A program made the translations under genes and the position numbers. From contig DASUKQ010000165.1 in the NCBI GenBank assembly GCA_036278635.1, forward strand, positions 4,607 through 68,606: 64,000 bases of DNA. Reading direction: 5' to 3'. Below the pieces are notes generated by a model. It did no database searches. It worked only from the letters and a program-made list of their open reading frames with translations, and was not told the DNA's origin. The DNA comes from Rhodanobacteraceae bacterium (GTDB lineage: Bacteria; Pseudomonadota; Gammaproteobacteria; Xanthomonadales; Rhodanobacteraceae). Below, piece by piece: positions 8,972-19,115 of the stretch (positions within the stretch are counted from its first letter, which is position 1; the number at the start of each line of letters is the position of its first letter).

Positions 8972-9082
8972 ACGGGGCGGCGGCGGGCCATGGACGGCCC
9001 GCGCGGACGGGGAGCGTCGGGCGGAGGACTCGCGATGCCGCCGCGGCCGTATACTCGACCCTTTCCACACTGGATCGCGCGC

Positions 9083-9292
9083 ATGCGCCGTCATCCCGTT
9101 GTCGCGACGCTGCTGTTGTTCGGTGCGGGGCTGCTCGCCGGTTGCGGGCAGAAGGGCCCGCTGTTCTTGCCGAAGCCGAACGTCGAGACGCCGGCGTCCG
9201 CACCTTCGACTCCTTCGCCGGCGGCTTCCGCTGCATTGCCGGCCGGTGCCGCGTCGGCGGCCACGCCGGCGTCGGCAACCCGCGGCCGTTGA
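9083..9292 (+). CDS. lptM: LPS-assembly lipoprotein LptM (YifL family)
   Basis: MRRHPVVATLLLFGAGLLAGCGQKGPLFLP contains a lipobox followed by the conserved GQKGPL(Y/F)LP motif. It sits directly upstream of dapF, as in many proteobacteria. Confidence 0.7.
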   Translation: MRRHPVVATLLLFGAGLLAGCGQKGPLFLPKPNVETPASAPSTPSPAASAALPAGAASAATPASATRGR

Positions 9293-9309
9293 CCGCGCCC
9301 GGAAGCCCC

Positions 9310-10146
9310 GTGGGATTGCGCGTCACCAAGATGCACGGCCTCGGCAACGACTTCGTCGTGCTCGATGCGCGCGCCGCGGCGCAGTTGCCGGATCCCGCCA
9401 TGGTTCGCGCCATGGGCGACCGCCACACCGGGATCGGCTTCGACCAGTTGCTGGTGATCGAGCGACCGCGCGATACGGCGTGTGTCGCCGCCTACTCGAT
9501 CCGCAATGCCGACGGCTCGTTCGCCGAACAATGCGGCAACGGCGCGCGCTGCATCGGCGCCTGGTTGCACCGCGACGGGGCGATCGCGATCGGCGACGAA
9601 GCGAAACTGCAAAGCCCCGCCGGTCCGATCGGCATGCGCCTGATCGATCCGGCCACCGTTGCCGTGGAGATGGGCGAACCCGAATTCGACCCCGCGCGAA
9701 TCCCGTTCGACGCCCCCGCCGAAGCCGACACGTACCCGCTCGACGTCGAGGGCGAGCACATCGAAATTTCCATGGTGTCGATGGGCAACCCGCATGCGGT
9801 GCTGGAAGTCGACGACGTCGGGGATGCGTGCGTGGATCGCCTCGGCCCGCGCATCACCCTGCACCCGCGTTTTCCCCGGGGCGTCAACGCCGGTTTCGCG
9901 CAAGTGCTGGATGCGCGCAACATCCGCCTGCGCGTGCACGAACGTGGCGCGGGATGGACGCTGGCTTGCGGCAGCGGCGCCGGGGCGGCGGTTGCCGCAC
10001 TGCGTCGTCGGGGTCGCGTCGGAGAAGAGGTCCGCGTGGAACTGCCCGGCGGCGCGTTGCAGATCGAGTGGCACGGCGCCGGACACGCGCTCTGGATGAC
10101 CGGGCCCGCGGCGTTCGTCTTCGACGGGACCTGGCTCGGCGACTGA
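9310..10146 (+). CDS. dapF: diaminopimelate epimerase
   Basis: VGLRVTKMHGLGNDFVVLD...EQCGNGARC...SMGNPHAVL...ERGAGWTLACGSGAGAA, with both catalytic Cys motifs. GTG start at 9310; the ATG at 9331 is an alternative. Confidence 0.92.
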   Translation: MGLRVTKMHGLGNDFVVLDARAAAQLPDPAMVRAMGDRHTGIGFDQLLVIERPRDTACVAAYSIRNADGSFAEQCGNGARCIGAWLHRDGAIAIGDEAKLQSPAGPIGMRLIDPATVAVEMGEPEFDPARIPFDAPAEADTYPLDVEGEHIEISMVSMGNPHAVLEVDDVGDACVDRLGPRITLHPRFPRGVNAGFAQVLDARNIRLRVHERGAGWTLACGSGAGAAVAALRRRGRVGEEVRVELPGGALQIEWHGAGHALWMTGPAAFVFDGTWLGD

Positions 10147-10205
10147 TGCACGGAACCTCCCGGCGGGAAGTTGCGCGCGCCGACGTGATTCACCACACTT
10201 CCCCC

Positions 10206-10907
10206 ATGCCACCGGAAGCCGCCATGCCCGACCTGACCCTGAAGCAAGGCCTCGAAGCGATGGACGTCGCCGAGTACCTGCGCCAGCATCCACGCATCCT
10301 GGAAAATTTTCCGGACGTGGCGGCGGAACTGGTGATCCCGCGCGAGGACGGCCCGGCGGCATCGCTGGCCGCCTACCAACTCGAAACGTTGCGCGCGCGC
10401 AACCACGAACTCAACCAGCGGCTGGCGGAACTGGTCGCCATCGCCACCGACAACGAACAGTTGATGGTGCGCGTGCACACCCTCACGGTCGGCCTGCTGC
10501 GCGACGACAACCTGGCGGACACCTGCCGCAGTTTCGTCGGCGCGCTCAACGAAGACTTCCATACCGACCTGGTGCGGTTGGTGCTGTTCCGCGACGGCGC
10601 CGGGCTGCCGCGCGCCGACTGGCTGATCGCGGTGCCACAAGGCGCCGCGGCGCTGCCGGTGTTTGCCGATTTCCTGGCCCGCGGCGAACCTGCGTGCGGG
10701 CGGCTCGCACAGCAAAAACTCGATCGCCTGTTCGGCGCCGAAGCGACCAAGGTGCAGTCGGCGGCGCTGCTCAGGATCGGCAGCCAGGGCATGCTCGCGA
10801 TCGGCAGCGAAGACCCCAACCGTTTCCATCCCGGCATCGGGACGATCTTCCTGAAGCTGATCGCGCAGGCGCTCGACGCCGCGATCTCGCGGTTCCCGGC
10901 CGAATGA
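10206..10907 (+). CDS. DUF484 (YigA-like) protein
   Basis: Sits between dapF and xerC as in enterics and xanthomonads. The sequence ...VAEYLRQHPRILENFPDVAAELVIP...LETLRARNHELNQRLAELV... ends in a GAF-like domain. The start could be the ATG at 10206 or at 10224. Confidence 0.8.
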   Translation: MPPEAAMPDLTLKQGLEAMDVAEYLRQHPRILENFPDVAAELVIPREDGPAASLAAYQLETLRARNHELNQRLAELVAIATDNEQLMVRVHTLTVGLLRDDNLADTCRSFVGALNEDFHTDLVRLVLFRDGAGLPRADWLIAVPQGAAALPVFADFLARGEPACGRLAQQKLDRLFGAEATKVQSAALLRIGSQGMLAIGSEDPNRFHPGIGTIFLKLIAQALDAAISRFPAE

Positions 10908-10908
10908 G

Positions 10909-11799
10909 ATGCCGCCAGGCCTTGCCGTCGATACCGCAAGATTCCTCGAATACCTCAAGGTCGAGCGGCGCTATTCACCCGGCACGCTGCGCAACTACAC
11001 CCACGCACTGGACGCCCTGACCCGCTTCGCCGGCGGACTTGCGCTGCGCGACTGGAACGAGCTGCGCAGCGAACAATTGCAGACGTTCATCGCGGCCGAG
11101 CACCGCCGCGGCCTGGAGCCGCCCTCGCTTCGTGCGATGCTGTCGGCGTTCCGCAGCTTCTTCCGTTTTCTCGCGCGCGACGGCAAGCTCCGCAACAATC
11201 CCGCCGCCGGCGTGCGCTCGCCCAAGGTGCGTCGCAAGCTGCCGGAAGTGCTGGACGTGGACGAGGCCGCGACGCTGGTCGAGGTCAAGCCGGGCGATCC
11301 GCTGGCGCTGCGCGATCACGCGATGCTGGAGTTGCTGTACTCGAGCGGCCTGCGCGTATCGGAACTGTGCGGCGTGCGCTGGCGCGACCTTGATCCCGAG
11401 CAGGGCCTGTTGCGCGTCACCGGCAAGGGCAACAAGACCCGCATCGTGCCGGTCGGGCGGGTGGCGTTGTCTGCGCTCGATGCGTTGCGCAACGCGCAGG
11501 CGGCCGGCGCGGACGAACCGGTCCTGCGCGGTCGCGGCGATCACGCGCTCACGCCCGGCGCGGTGCGCGCCGCGATCAAGCGCCGCGCGCGCTCACAGGG
11601 CGTGTGGAAACGGGTGTACCCGCACCTCCTCCGGCATTCCTGCGCGAGCCACCTGCTGGAATCCTCGGGCAACCTGCGCGCGGTGCAGGAACTGCTGGGC
11701 CACGCCGACATCGGCACCACCCAGATCTACACCCACCTCGATTTCCAGCACCTGGCCAAGGTCTACGACGCCGCCCATCCGCGCGCGAAACGCAAGTAG
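10909..11799 (+). CDS. xerC: site-specific tyrosine recombinase XerC
   Basis: [23 protein letters not shown]...[12 protein letters not shown]...[39 protein letters not shown], with the R..H-R-H..Y catalytic signature. Confidence 0.92.
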   Translation: MPPGLAVDTARFLEYLKVERRYSPGTLRNYTHALDALTRFAGGLALRDWNELRSEQLQTFIAAEHRRGLEPPSLRAMLSAFRSFFRFLARDGKLRNNPAAGVRSPKVRRKLPEVLDVDEAATLVEVKPGDPLALRDHAMLELLYSSGLRVSELCGVRWRDLDPEQGLLRVTGKGNKTRIVPVGRVALSALDALRNAQAAGADEPVLRGRGDHALTPGAVRAAIKRRARSQGVWKRVYPHLLRHSCASHLLESSGNLRAVQELLGHADIGTTQIYTHLDFQHLAKVYDAAHPRAKRK

Positions 11800-11925
11800 G
11801 AGCCTGCGTGCAGGCGACCTTGTCATGGGTTCGCTAGCACGCCGGGTCGCGAGCACGCTCGCTCCTGCAGCGCTTGTCCCGTCCACGCGAGAACCGTAGG
11901 AGCCTGCGTGGAGGCGACCTGTCAC
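11796..11925. repeat. REP-like pair, GTAGGAGCCTGCGTG(C/G)AGGCGACCT, variant of the GTAGGAGC family
   Basis: Copies at 11796-11820 and 11896-11920. They fill the whole xerC/sulfotransferase convergent spacer and overlap both stop codons. Confidence 0.8.
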
Positions 11926-13784
11926 ACCACATAACCGAAACGTTCGATCCACGGACGCAAGATCGGCAGTACCGGTTCGAACTGCTCGAGATAATCCCTC
12001 CAGTGCCCCACGGCCGCGTTGCTCACGGGTTGCGTGACCTGCGCGTAGCTTGGCGTGTCGATGAACCGCTTTGCTCCTGCGTGCCGAGCAAAGTCCAGCA
12101 TCGGCGCAGCGTCCTCGACATCCAGGTATTCCCCGAGCCGTGCGACGGATCCCTCGAAATCCGCGACGACCGACTCGTAGCGCCACTCCAGCATCTTCGG
12201 CGCGAACACGTCAAGGTGTCCGCAACATTGTTCGAATGCCTGCGCGTACCCGCGTGCCAGGCGCGGCAACGATGAGCACATGACCATGAAGGCCGGCGAG
12301 CGGAACGACTGCATGCTGCAACTGAGCAACACATCGCACGGATGCCGCAGGCACAGGATGATGCGGGCCGCGGGGTACAACCGCAGGATCATCGGCAGGC
12401 ACAGCATGTTGAGTGGATTCTTGTCCACCAGTCGTCGCTGGCCGAGGTCCGGCAGCACGCGACGAACCAACCCGTCGTAGACGGCGCGCAACTGGTCCGC
12501 GTCGTCCTGGGCGAGGTCGGCGAGATCGTCCGGATAGCGCTGGCCCGCGTGCTCCATGCGCTCGATCAGGTTGTAAACGTGGCCGCGCTCACCCATCGAC
12601 CGGAAATCCGGGTGGGCATCGAGCATCTGTTCCAGCAAGGTCGTTCCCGAGCGCGGAAAACCGATTACGAACACCGGGCTGTGCCGGGATGAAGGCCCCG
12701 CCAGGGGCTTCCATGCGGCGAAGCCGTTTGCATCGACCGATTTCGCCGCCATCGGCAATGGCTGGCTGTCGGGCGCCAACAGTTCCGGCGCGACCTCGCG
12801 GACCAGTTCCCTCTGTGCCGCGTGGGCCAGTTCGACGGTTTGCCACGCATCGTGGCGGCGCGCTTGGCGATCGAGCGCCACGGCCAGGCCGAAGGCCGCG
12901 GCGGCCCGAACCTCGGCGTCCCCGGCCGCGTCCAGCACGCGCCGGTAAAGCGCGGCCGCATCGGCATGGCGGCCTTCGCGCATGGCCACCACGGCATGGG
13001 CGCGCCAGCCCTCGACGCGCGCCTGCTCCGCGCCGACCGGCAATGCATCCAGCCCGGCCAGGGGCAACTGTCGCAGCTCGCGTTGCGCATCCCCGAGAAG
13101 ATTGTTCCGCTCGTACAACGCAACGCGCTGCGCCGTGATGCGAAGCCGCAACGGGTCGGCGGCCGACGATTCGGGCAGGCGGGCTTGCACCAGCACCCCC
13201 AGCGCCTCTTCCAACCGGCCCTGCGCGGACAGCATCGCGGCCAGCACCAGGGCCTGCGCGGCCGGCTGCGGCGGCCAGTCGCCGGCCTGCTCCAGCATGG
13301 CTTCCTCGCCGTCGCTGTCGCCGCACATGTGGCAGGCGTGGGCGGCCCGCAACCGCGCCTCGACATGCTGCGGCGCGAGTTGTACCGCGTCCAGCAACGC
13401 TTCGCGCGCCTGCGGCCAACGCCTCTGCCCGATGTAAAGCAGCCCGAGGTTGAAATGTACGTCGGCGTCCCGGGGCGCCAGCGATTTCGCCGTCAGCAGC
13501 GCATGCTCCGCGGCCACGGGGTCGCCGGCGTGGCGACACGCGACGCCAAGATTGTTCCAGTATGCGGAGACGTCCGGCCGCATCCGCGACAACCGTTCGA
13601 ACGTGGCCATCGCCTGCGCGTGACGCCCGGTCTGCTGCTGCGACATGCCCAGCAACGCGAGAACCTGTTCATCGCCCGCGGCCTCCGCGTGAGCGCGCCC
13701 GGCGAGCGCGATGACCTGCTCGAAACGGCCGGCCTGCCATGCATCCACCATGGACTTGGCAAGTTCGGTGGCCGAGGCCGACAT
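11922..13784 (-). CDS. TPR-repeat protein with C-terminal sulfotransferase domain
   Basis: The N-terminal ~330 aa are TPR-like. The C-terminus carries the PAPS-binding 5'-PSB motif FVIGFPRSGTTLLEQML and a sulfotransferase fold (...DKNPLNMLCLPMILRLYP...). Confidence 0.85.
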   Translation of the reverse strand: MSASATELAKSMVDAWQAGRFEQVIALAGRAHAEAAGDEQVLALLGMSQQQTGRHAQAMATFERLSRMRPDVSAYWNNLGVACRHAGDPVAAEHALLTAKSLAPRDADVHFNLGLLYIGQRRWPQAREALLDAVQLAPQHVEARLRAAHACHMCGDSDGEEAMLEQAGDWPPQPAAQALVLAAMLSAQGRLEEALGVLVQARLPESSAADPLRLRITAQRVALYERNNLLGDAQRELRQLPLAGLDALPVGAEQARVEGWRAHAVVAMREGRHADAAALYRRVLDAAGDAEVRAAAAFGLAVALDRQARRHDAWQTVELAHAAQRELVREVAPELLAPDSQPLPMAAKSVDANGFAAWKPLAGPSSRHSPVFVIGFPRSGTTLLEQMLDAHPDFRSMGERGHVYNLIERMEHAGQRYPDDLADLAQDDADQLRAVYDGLVRRVLPDLGQRRLVDKNPLNMLCLPMILRLYPAARIILCLRHPCDVLLSCSMQSFRSPAFMVMCSSLPRLARGYAQAFEQCCGHLDVFAPKMLEWRYESVVADFEGSVARLGEYLDVEDAAPMLDFARHAGAKRFIDTPSYAQVTQPVSNAAVGHWRDYLEQFEPVLPILRPWIERFGYVV

Positions 13785-13892
13785 GCAAGCGCGATCCGTT
13801 GCCCGGGCGTTCCAGTGTAACCACGAAGGGCGCCGCGCTGGCGGCGCCCTCGTCCATGGCGTGGCCTCCCGGATTTCCCCGGGAAGGGAGGT

Positions 13893-16757
13893 TCAGAACC
13901 TCAGCGTCGCCCGCGCCCAGTAGTAGCGACCCATCGTTTCGTACGTCGCGGTATCGGTGTTGACCTGGCCGTTCTGGTAATACAACGGCGGCCGCCGGTC
14001 GCTGATGTTGTCGACGCCCACGTCGAACCGCGTGTGGATCGTCGGCACCGCGACCCCGAGCTGCAGATCGCTGTAGACCACCGAAGCCATCGGCAGGCTG
14101 GCGTTGGTCGCGGCGTCGGCCTGCAGCGCGGTCACCGAGCTGATGTAGCGCGTCCGCCACTGCGCATCCCAGTTGCCGAGGGCCCAGTTGATCGTCGCGG
14201 CGGCGCGCCAGCGGGAGATGTTGCCGAACTGCGGGCTCAGCGTGCCGGCGTACTCGATGGTCTCCTCGCCCGGCTGGCCGGGGGTCGCGCTGTTCTTGAA
14301 GGTGGACGTGTACGACGTGTCGAGGCCGACCTTGAAATCGCCCGGGTTCACGCTGCCGAAGTTGAAGTGCGGAATCTTGTAGTTGATCGTGAAATCGATG
14401 CCGCTGGTGCTCAGGGAGCCGAGGTTGACCACCGGCGTGTCGATGACGAACACCTGGCCCGGGTTCCGGGTGGTGGTGTCCTGGCGGTGGATGAATGCGC
14501 AGAACGGACTGGCGTTGTTGTCGAAGCACGCATTGACGACCGTGCGCCCGTCGATCGGCACCAGCGTGTCGTACAAATAGATGTGCCAGAAATCGAGGCT
14601 GGTGTTCAGACCGGGCAGCCAGGCCGGGTCATAGACCAACCCGAAATCGACGGACTTGCCGTGTTCGGGCTTGAGGTTGGCGCCGACGACCCTGGCGCCC
14701 GAGTAGAACGTGTTGACCTGCGCGACGTCGTTGCCGTTCCAGTTGACCGGCACGTACTGGCAAGCGGCGGCGTGTGCCGCAAGCTCCGCCGCCGTGAGAT
14801 GGACGCAGGGATCGTTCAGGGCGGGCTGGACCAGGGAACGTCCGTTGTACAACTGGTCGAGGTTGGGGGCGCGGAACACTTCCGAGATCGTGCCGCGAAC
14901 CAGCAGGTCCTGGATCGGCCGCCATTCGATCGCGATCTTCTTGTTGGTGGTCGAACCCGCGCTGGCGTAGTCGGATGCGCGGATCCCCAGGTCGACGTTC
15001 AGCGAATATGCGCCGGGCACGTTGGACAACAGCGGGATCAGGGTTTCGGCAAACAGCTCCTTGACGTTGTCGCTGCCGCGACCGGGCGAACCGCAGGCTT
15101 CCTGCAGGATCGCGCAAGTGGTCGTCACCGGATCCAGCACCGCGAACGGGTCCACGGTGTAGTTCATCGTTTGCTTGCGGTACAGGCCGCCGACCGAGAG
15201 TTGCATCGGTCCGGCCGGCAAGGACCACAGTTCGCCGTCGGCGCCGAACTGGATTTGCCGCAGCGATTCGAACTTCTCGTAGGTCGCGGTGAGGGCGCCC
15301 GCCGATAGCGCCTCGCCGTTGTTGGCCTGGTCGAAAATATTGACGCCCCGGTCGATGGCCGCCTGCAAATCGGGGATCGACAATTCGTTCTCGTCGCGCT
15401 GGGTGCGTGCGGTGTGGCCGTAATTGAGGGTGACGTTCCAGTTCCAGCTGCTGTCGCCGAAGCGCCCGCGCAAGCCGCCGATCGCCTGTCCGGTGCTGGT
15501 GGTGTAGGGATGGATGCGGGTCCCCGCGCCGGTGAGGCGGGTCTGGAAGGTGTAGCCGCTGTCCGGGTCGCCGGGCAGCACGTTCTGGCTGAAGGTGACG
15601 CCGAACGGGTTGAAGGGCGCCGAGGACGGGATGATCAGGCCGTCGCCGGTCCCCACCGGCGCGGCGGCGTCCTGCCCGGCCGAATTGGTGTGGTTGTAGA
15701 AGACATCGAGGAAGGCCGTGACGTTGTCGGTCAGGTTGTAGCTGCCGAGGATGAAGCCGTCGGTGCGTTTCTGTTCGACCTGGATGTAGTTGAACGCCGC
15801 ATAGTTGAACGTGTCGTCCGGGTTCCGGCACCGGTAGTCGTCCAGGCTCGTGCCGTCACCACTTGCCAGCGTGACCTGGCCGGTGGCGGGGCAATCGAAC
15901 CTGCCGGCCAGCGAATCCGGGATCTGCATCCTGCCGGCGGGGATCGAGCTGGACCCTGCAACGACCACCTGTCCGCCCGAAAGGTACAACTGCGCCTTCG
16001 AGAAATCGCGCCGGGTGGCGGGCACGGCGTTGTATTTGTTGTAGTCGATGCCGCCGGCAAGGCTGTACTTGTCCGTCGAGCGCCCCATCGTCAGGCTGAA
16101 GCCGTGCCGCTGGCCATCGCCGTGGCTGGAAATGCCGTCGTTCAACGTCACTTCGGCGCCGTTGAAATCGTTGCGCAGGATGAAATTGACCACGCCGCCC
16201 ACCGCATCGGAGCCGTAGGTGGTCGAAGCGCCTTCGGCGAGGACGTCCACGCGCTCGATCATCGCTTGCGGAATCAGGTTCATGTCCGCATTGAGCATCC
16301 GCTGGCCATTGATCAACACCAGCGTGCGGCCGGTGCCCAGGCCACGCAGCGACACCCGCGAGGCGCCGTCGCCGCCTTCGGTCAGCGGGGACGCCACGCC
16401 GCCGCCATTGGAATTGTTCTGCGTGTTGGTCGCGTTGCCGCGAATGCTGGGCAGTTGCTGCAGCACGTCGCCCAGCGTCGGCTTGCCGGTGTTGGCGATG
16501 TCCTGGCGATCGATCATGACCACCGGGCTGGCCGTCTCGAGGTCGACACGCCGGATCAGCGAGCCGGTGACCACCACCGCCTTGAGGGTTTTGGGCTGGC
16601 TGTCGGCCTGGTTCTGGTCGGTCTGGTTCTGGCTGGCCGCCGCCTGGTTCTGGTTGTTCGACGTCTGCTGCGCCTGGGCCAGACCTGCGCCGGCGACAAG
16701 GCCCGCGGTCAATCCAACTCGCACGGCCAGCGACAAACGCTTCATTTTGTGGTTCAT
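13893..16757 (-). CDS. TonB-dependent outer-membrane receptor
   Basis: Signal peptide MNHKMKRLSLAVRVGLTAGLVAGAGLAQA. Plug domain (LKAVVVTGSLIRR...ASPVVMIDRQDI...RGLGTGRTLVLINGQR) and C-terminal ...YYWARATLRF. Start set at the ATG at 16757. Confidence 0.9.
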   Translation of the reverse strand: MNHKMKRLSLAVRVGLTAGLVAGAGLAQAQQTSNNQNQAAASQNQTDQNQADSQPKTLKAVVVTGSLIRRVDLETASPVVMIDRQDIANTGKPTLGDVLQQLPSIRGNATNTQNNSNGGGVASPLTEGGDGASRVSLRGLGTGRTLVLINGQRMLNADMNLIPQAMIERVDVLAEGASTTYGSDAVGGVVNFILRNDFNGAEVTLNDGISSHGDGQRHGFSLTMGRSTDKYSLAGGIDYNKYNAVPATRRDFSKAQLYLSGGQVVVAGSSSIPAGRMQIPDSLAGRFDCPATGQVTLASGDGTSLDDYRCRNPDDTFNYAAFNYIQVEQKRTDGFILGSYNLTDNVTAFLDVFYNHTNSAGQDAAAPVGTGDGLIIPSSAPFNPFGVTFSQNVLPGDPDSGYTFQTRLTGAGTRIHPYTTSTGQAIGGLRGRFGDSSWNWNVTLNYGHTARTQRDENELSIPDLQAAIDRGVNIFDQANNGEALSAGALTATYEKFESLRQIQFGADGELWSLPAGPMQLSVGGLYRKQTMNYTVDPFAVLDPVTTTCAILQEACGSPGRGSDNVKELFAETLIPLLSNVPGAYSLNVDLGIRASDYASAGSTTNKKIAIEWRPIQDLLVRGTISEVFRAPNLDQLYNGRSLVQPALNDPCVHLTAAELAAHAAACQYVPVNWNGNDVAQVNTFYSGARVVGANLKPEHGKSVDFGLVYDPAWLPGLNTSLDFWHIYLYDTLVPIDGRTVVNACFDNNASPFCAFIHRQDTTTRNPGQVFVIDTPVVNLGSLSTSGIDFTINYKIPHFNFGSVNPGDFKVGLDTSYTSTFKNSATPGQPGEETIEYAGTLSPQFGNISRWRAAATINWALGNWDAQWRTRYISSVTALQADAATNASLPMASVVYSDLQLGVAVPTIHTRFDVGVDNISDRRPPLYYQNGQVNTDTATYETMGRYYWARATLRF

Positions 16758-17025
16758 GGTTTTTCCCGGCAAATGTGGAACAACGCAAGCGCGTCCACTG
16801 GCTGGGATGTACCGATTCCCCGGTGCAACACATCCAAATGTACCGCGCGCCAACCCCCCGTCGTGCCGCTAACAGCGATTTAACGATACTCTTGGCGAAT
16901 ACTTCCCGCAATGGCCCCCGACCCGCCTGCAATACCGCCGGGGAAGTGTCCCCCGTCCCGGCCCGCTTGCGATTGCCGCGCCCGGCCCCCACCTTGGCGG
17001 CAGTCTCCCGCGTCAAGAGGTGCCC

Positions 17026-17598
17026 ATGGAATCGTTCCACGCCACCACCATCCTGTCCGTGCGCAAGAATGGCAAGGTCGTGCTCGGCGGTGACGGCCAG
17101 GTCACGCTGGGCAACACCGTGGTCAAGGCCAACGCCCGGAAGATCCGCCGGCTCGGCAAGAACTCCGACGTACTCGCGGGGTTCGCCGGCGCGACCGCCG
17201 ACGCCTTCACCCTGTTCGAGCTGTTCGAGGACAAGCTGGCCAAGCACAACGGCCAGTTGACCCGGTCGGCCGTGGAACTGGCCAAGGAATGGCGCACCGA
17301 CCGCAGGCTGGGGCGGCTCGAAGCGATGCTGGCGGTGGCGGACAAGGACGCATCACTGCTGATTTCCGGCAACGGCGACGTACTGGAACCCGAACACGGC
17401 CTGATCGCGATCGGTTCCGGCGGCCCCTTCGCGCAAGCCGCGGCCAAGGCGCTGCTCGACAATTCCGATCTCGATGCGCGGCAGATCGTCGAAACCGCCC
17501 TCGGGATCGCCGGCGACATCTGCATCTACACCAACCACAACGTCACGATCGAGGAACTCGGAACCGGGGACCCGGGACCGGGGACCCGTACGCCATGA
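17026..17598 (+). CDS. hslV: ATP-dependent protease subunit HslV
   Basis: [43 protein letters not shown]... includes the Thr active-site N-terminus. The last ~10 codons ([12 protein letters not shown]) are encoded by the heptad repeat arm. Confidence 0.93.
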   Translation: MESFHATTILSVRKNGKVVLGGDGQVTLGNTVVKANARKIRRLGKNSDVLAGFAGATADAFTLFELFEDKLAKHNGQLTRSAVELAKEWRTDRRLGRLEAMLAVADKDASLLISGNGDVLEPEHGLIAIGSGGPFAQAAAKALLDNSDLDARQIVETALGIAGDICIYTNHNVTIEELGTGDPGPGTRTP

Positions 17599-17705
17599 TC
17601 GGCCATCGCCCGGCAGCCGACACCCGTTCTTCGCCGACACCACGAACAGCCCACACCTCTGCTTTTGATCTTCCCGGGTCCCCGATCCCGGGTCCCCGGT
17701 TCCGG
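17560..17705. repeat. MITE-like element: 29-nt inverted arms of the GGGACCC heptad family around an ~84-nt spacer, in the hslV-hslU junction
   Basis: Left arm 17560-17588 is ggaaccggggacccgggaccggggacccg. The reverse complement of 17675-17703 is ggaaccggggacccgggatcggggacccg, 28/29 identical. Confidence 0.85.
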
Positions 17706-17713
17706 ACTTACTT

Positions 17714-19066
17714 ATGAGCGAACTCACTCCCCGCGAAATCGTCAACGAACTCGATCGCTTCGTCATCGGCCAACACGACGCCAAGCGCGCGGTCGCGATT
17801 GCGCTGCGCGACCGCTGGCGGCGGATGCAACTCGATCCCGCCTTCCGCAACGAAGTGACGCCCAAGAACATCCTGATGATCGGGCCGACCGGCGTCGGCA
17901 AGACCGAGATCGCGCGCCGCCTCGCGACGCTCGCGAAGGCGCCGTTCGTCAAGATCGAGGCGACCAAGTTCACCGAGGTCGGCTACGTCGGAAAGGATGT
18001 CGATTCGATCGTGCGCGACCTCGCCGACTTTGCCTACAAGCTGACCCGCGACCAGGCCAAGGAACGCGTGAAGTCGCAGGCCGAAGAGCATGCCGACGAA
18101 CGCATCCTCGATGCCCTGCTGCCGCGCCGGCAGCACGGCGACGCCTGGGACCAGCAAACCGAATCCGATACCGCGCGGATCGAACAGGATTCGTCCACCC
18201 GCACGAAGCTGCGCAGGCAACTGCGCGAAGGCGCACTGGACGATCGCGAAATCGAGCTGGAATTTTCCGCAAATGTCGGCGTCGAGATCATGGCGCCACC
18301 CGGCATGGAGGAAATGTCGCAGCAGTTGCGTTCGATGTTCCAGAACCTCGGCGGCAACAAGACGCAAAAGCGGAAATTGACGATCAAGGCCGCGCGGCCC
18401 CTGCTGATCGACGAGGAAGCCGGCAAGCTGCTCAACGACGACGAACTGCGGGCGCAGGCCATCGAGAACTGCGAGCAGAACGGCATCGTGTTCATCGACG
18501 AAATCGACAAGGTCGCGCAGCGCAGCGACTGGGGCAACGGCGCGGGCGTTTCGCGCGAGGGCGTACAGCGCGACCTGCTGCCCCTCGTCGAAGGCTCGAC
18601 CGTGTCGACCAAATACGGGCCGGTCAAGACCGACCACGTGCTGTTCATCGCCTCGGGCGCCTTCTCGATGGCCAAGCCGTCCGACCTGATCCCCGAACTC
18701 CAGGGCCGACTGCCAATCCGAGTCGAGCTGTCGGCGCTGTCGGTCGATGACTTCAAGCGGATCCTCGAGGAGCCGAACAACGCGTTGACCAAACAGTACG
18801 CGGCAATGCTGGGCACCGAGGGCGTGACCCTGGAATTCACGGACGAGGGCATTGCCCGGCTGGCCGAGGTGGCCTTCAACGTGAACGAAAGCACCGAGAA
18901 CATCGGGGCCCGGCGCCTGCAGACCGTGATGGAGCGGCTGCTGGAAACCATTTCGTTCGAAGCGGCGGACAAAAGCGGCGAAAAGTACGTGATCGACGCC
19001 GAATACGTAGACAAAAGCCTCAAAGATCTCGCATCGGACGAAGATCTGTCGCGCTATATCCTGTGA
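17714..19066 (+). CDS. hslU: ATP-dependent protease ATPase subunit HslU
   Basis: [37 protein letters not shown]...[19 protein letters not shown]...IVFIDEIDK. Confidence 0.95.
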   Translation: MSELTPREIVNELDRFVIGQHDAKRAVAIALRDRWRRMQLDPAFRNEVTPKNILMIGPTGVGKTEIARRLATLAKAPFVKIEATKFTEVGYVGKDVDSIVRDLADFAYKLTRDQAKERVKSQAEEHADERILDALLPRRQHGDAWDQQTESDTARIEQDSSTRTKLRRQLREGALDDREIELEFSANVGVEIMAPPGMEEMSQQLRSMFQNLGGNKTQKRKLTIKAARPLLIDEEAGKLLNDDELRAQAIENCEQNGIVFIDEIDKVAQRSDWGNGAGVSREGVQRDLLPLVEGSTVSTKYGPVKTDHVLFIASGAFSMAKPSDLIPELQGRLPIRVELSALSVDDFKRILEEPNNALTKQYAAMLGTEGVTLEFTDEGIARLAEVAFNVNESTENIGARRLQTVMERLLETISFEAADKSGEKYVIDAEYVDKSLKDLASDEDLSRYIL

Positions 19067-19115
19067 GGAATTCTGGAATCGGGCCGGGTTTGCCGTGCCC
19101 GGCTACAATGACGCC

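Noticed and set aside
7990-10907. Two very long + ORFs (7990..10146, 718 aa; 8883..10907, 674 aa).
   Set aside because: Only the 3' parts are real genes (dapF from 9310, DUF484 from about 10206). The upstream parts run out of frame across the Sel1 and lptM genes and are Arg-rich junk.
10909-11799. A tyrosine recombinase as a marker of an integrated mobile element.
   Set aside because: Its sequence and its dapF-DUF484-xerC context identify it as the housekeeping chromosome-dimer resolvase XerC. No att-like repeats or phage genes are adjacent.
14034-16883. + strand ORFs of 424 and 489 aa inside the TBDR gene.
   Set aside because: Antisense shadows. The minus-strand product has a full signal peptide, plug, barrel and C-terminal Phe.
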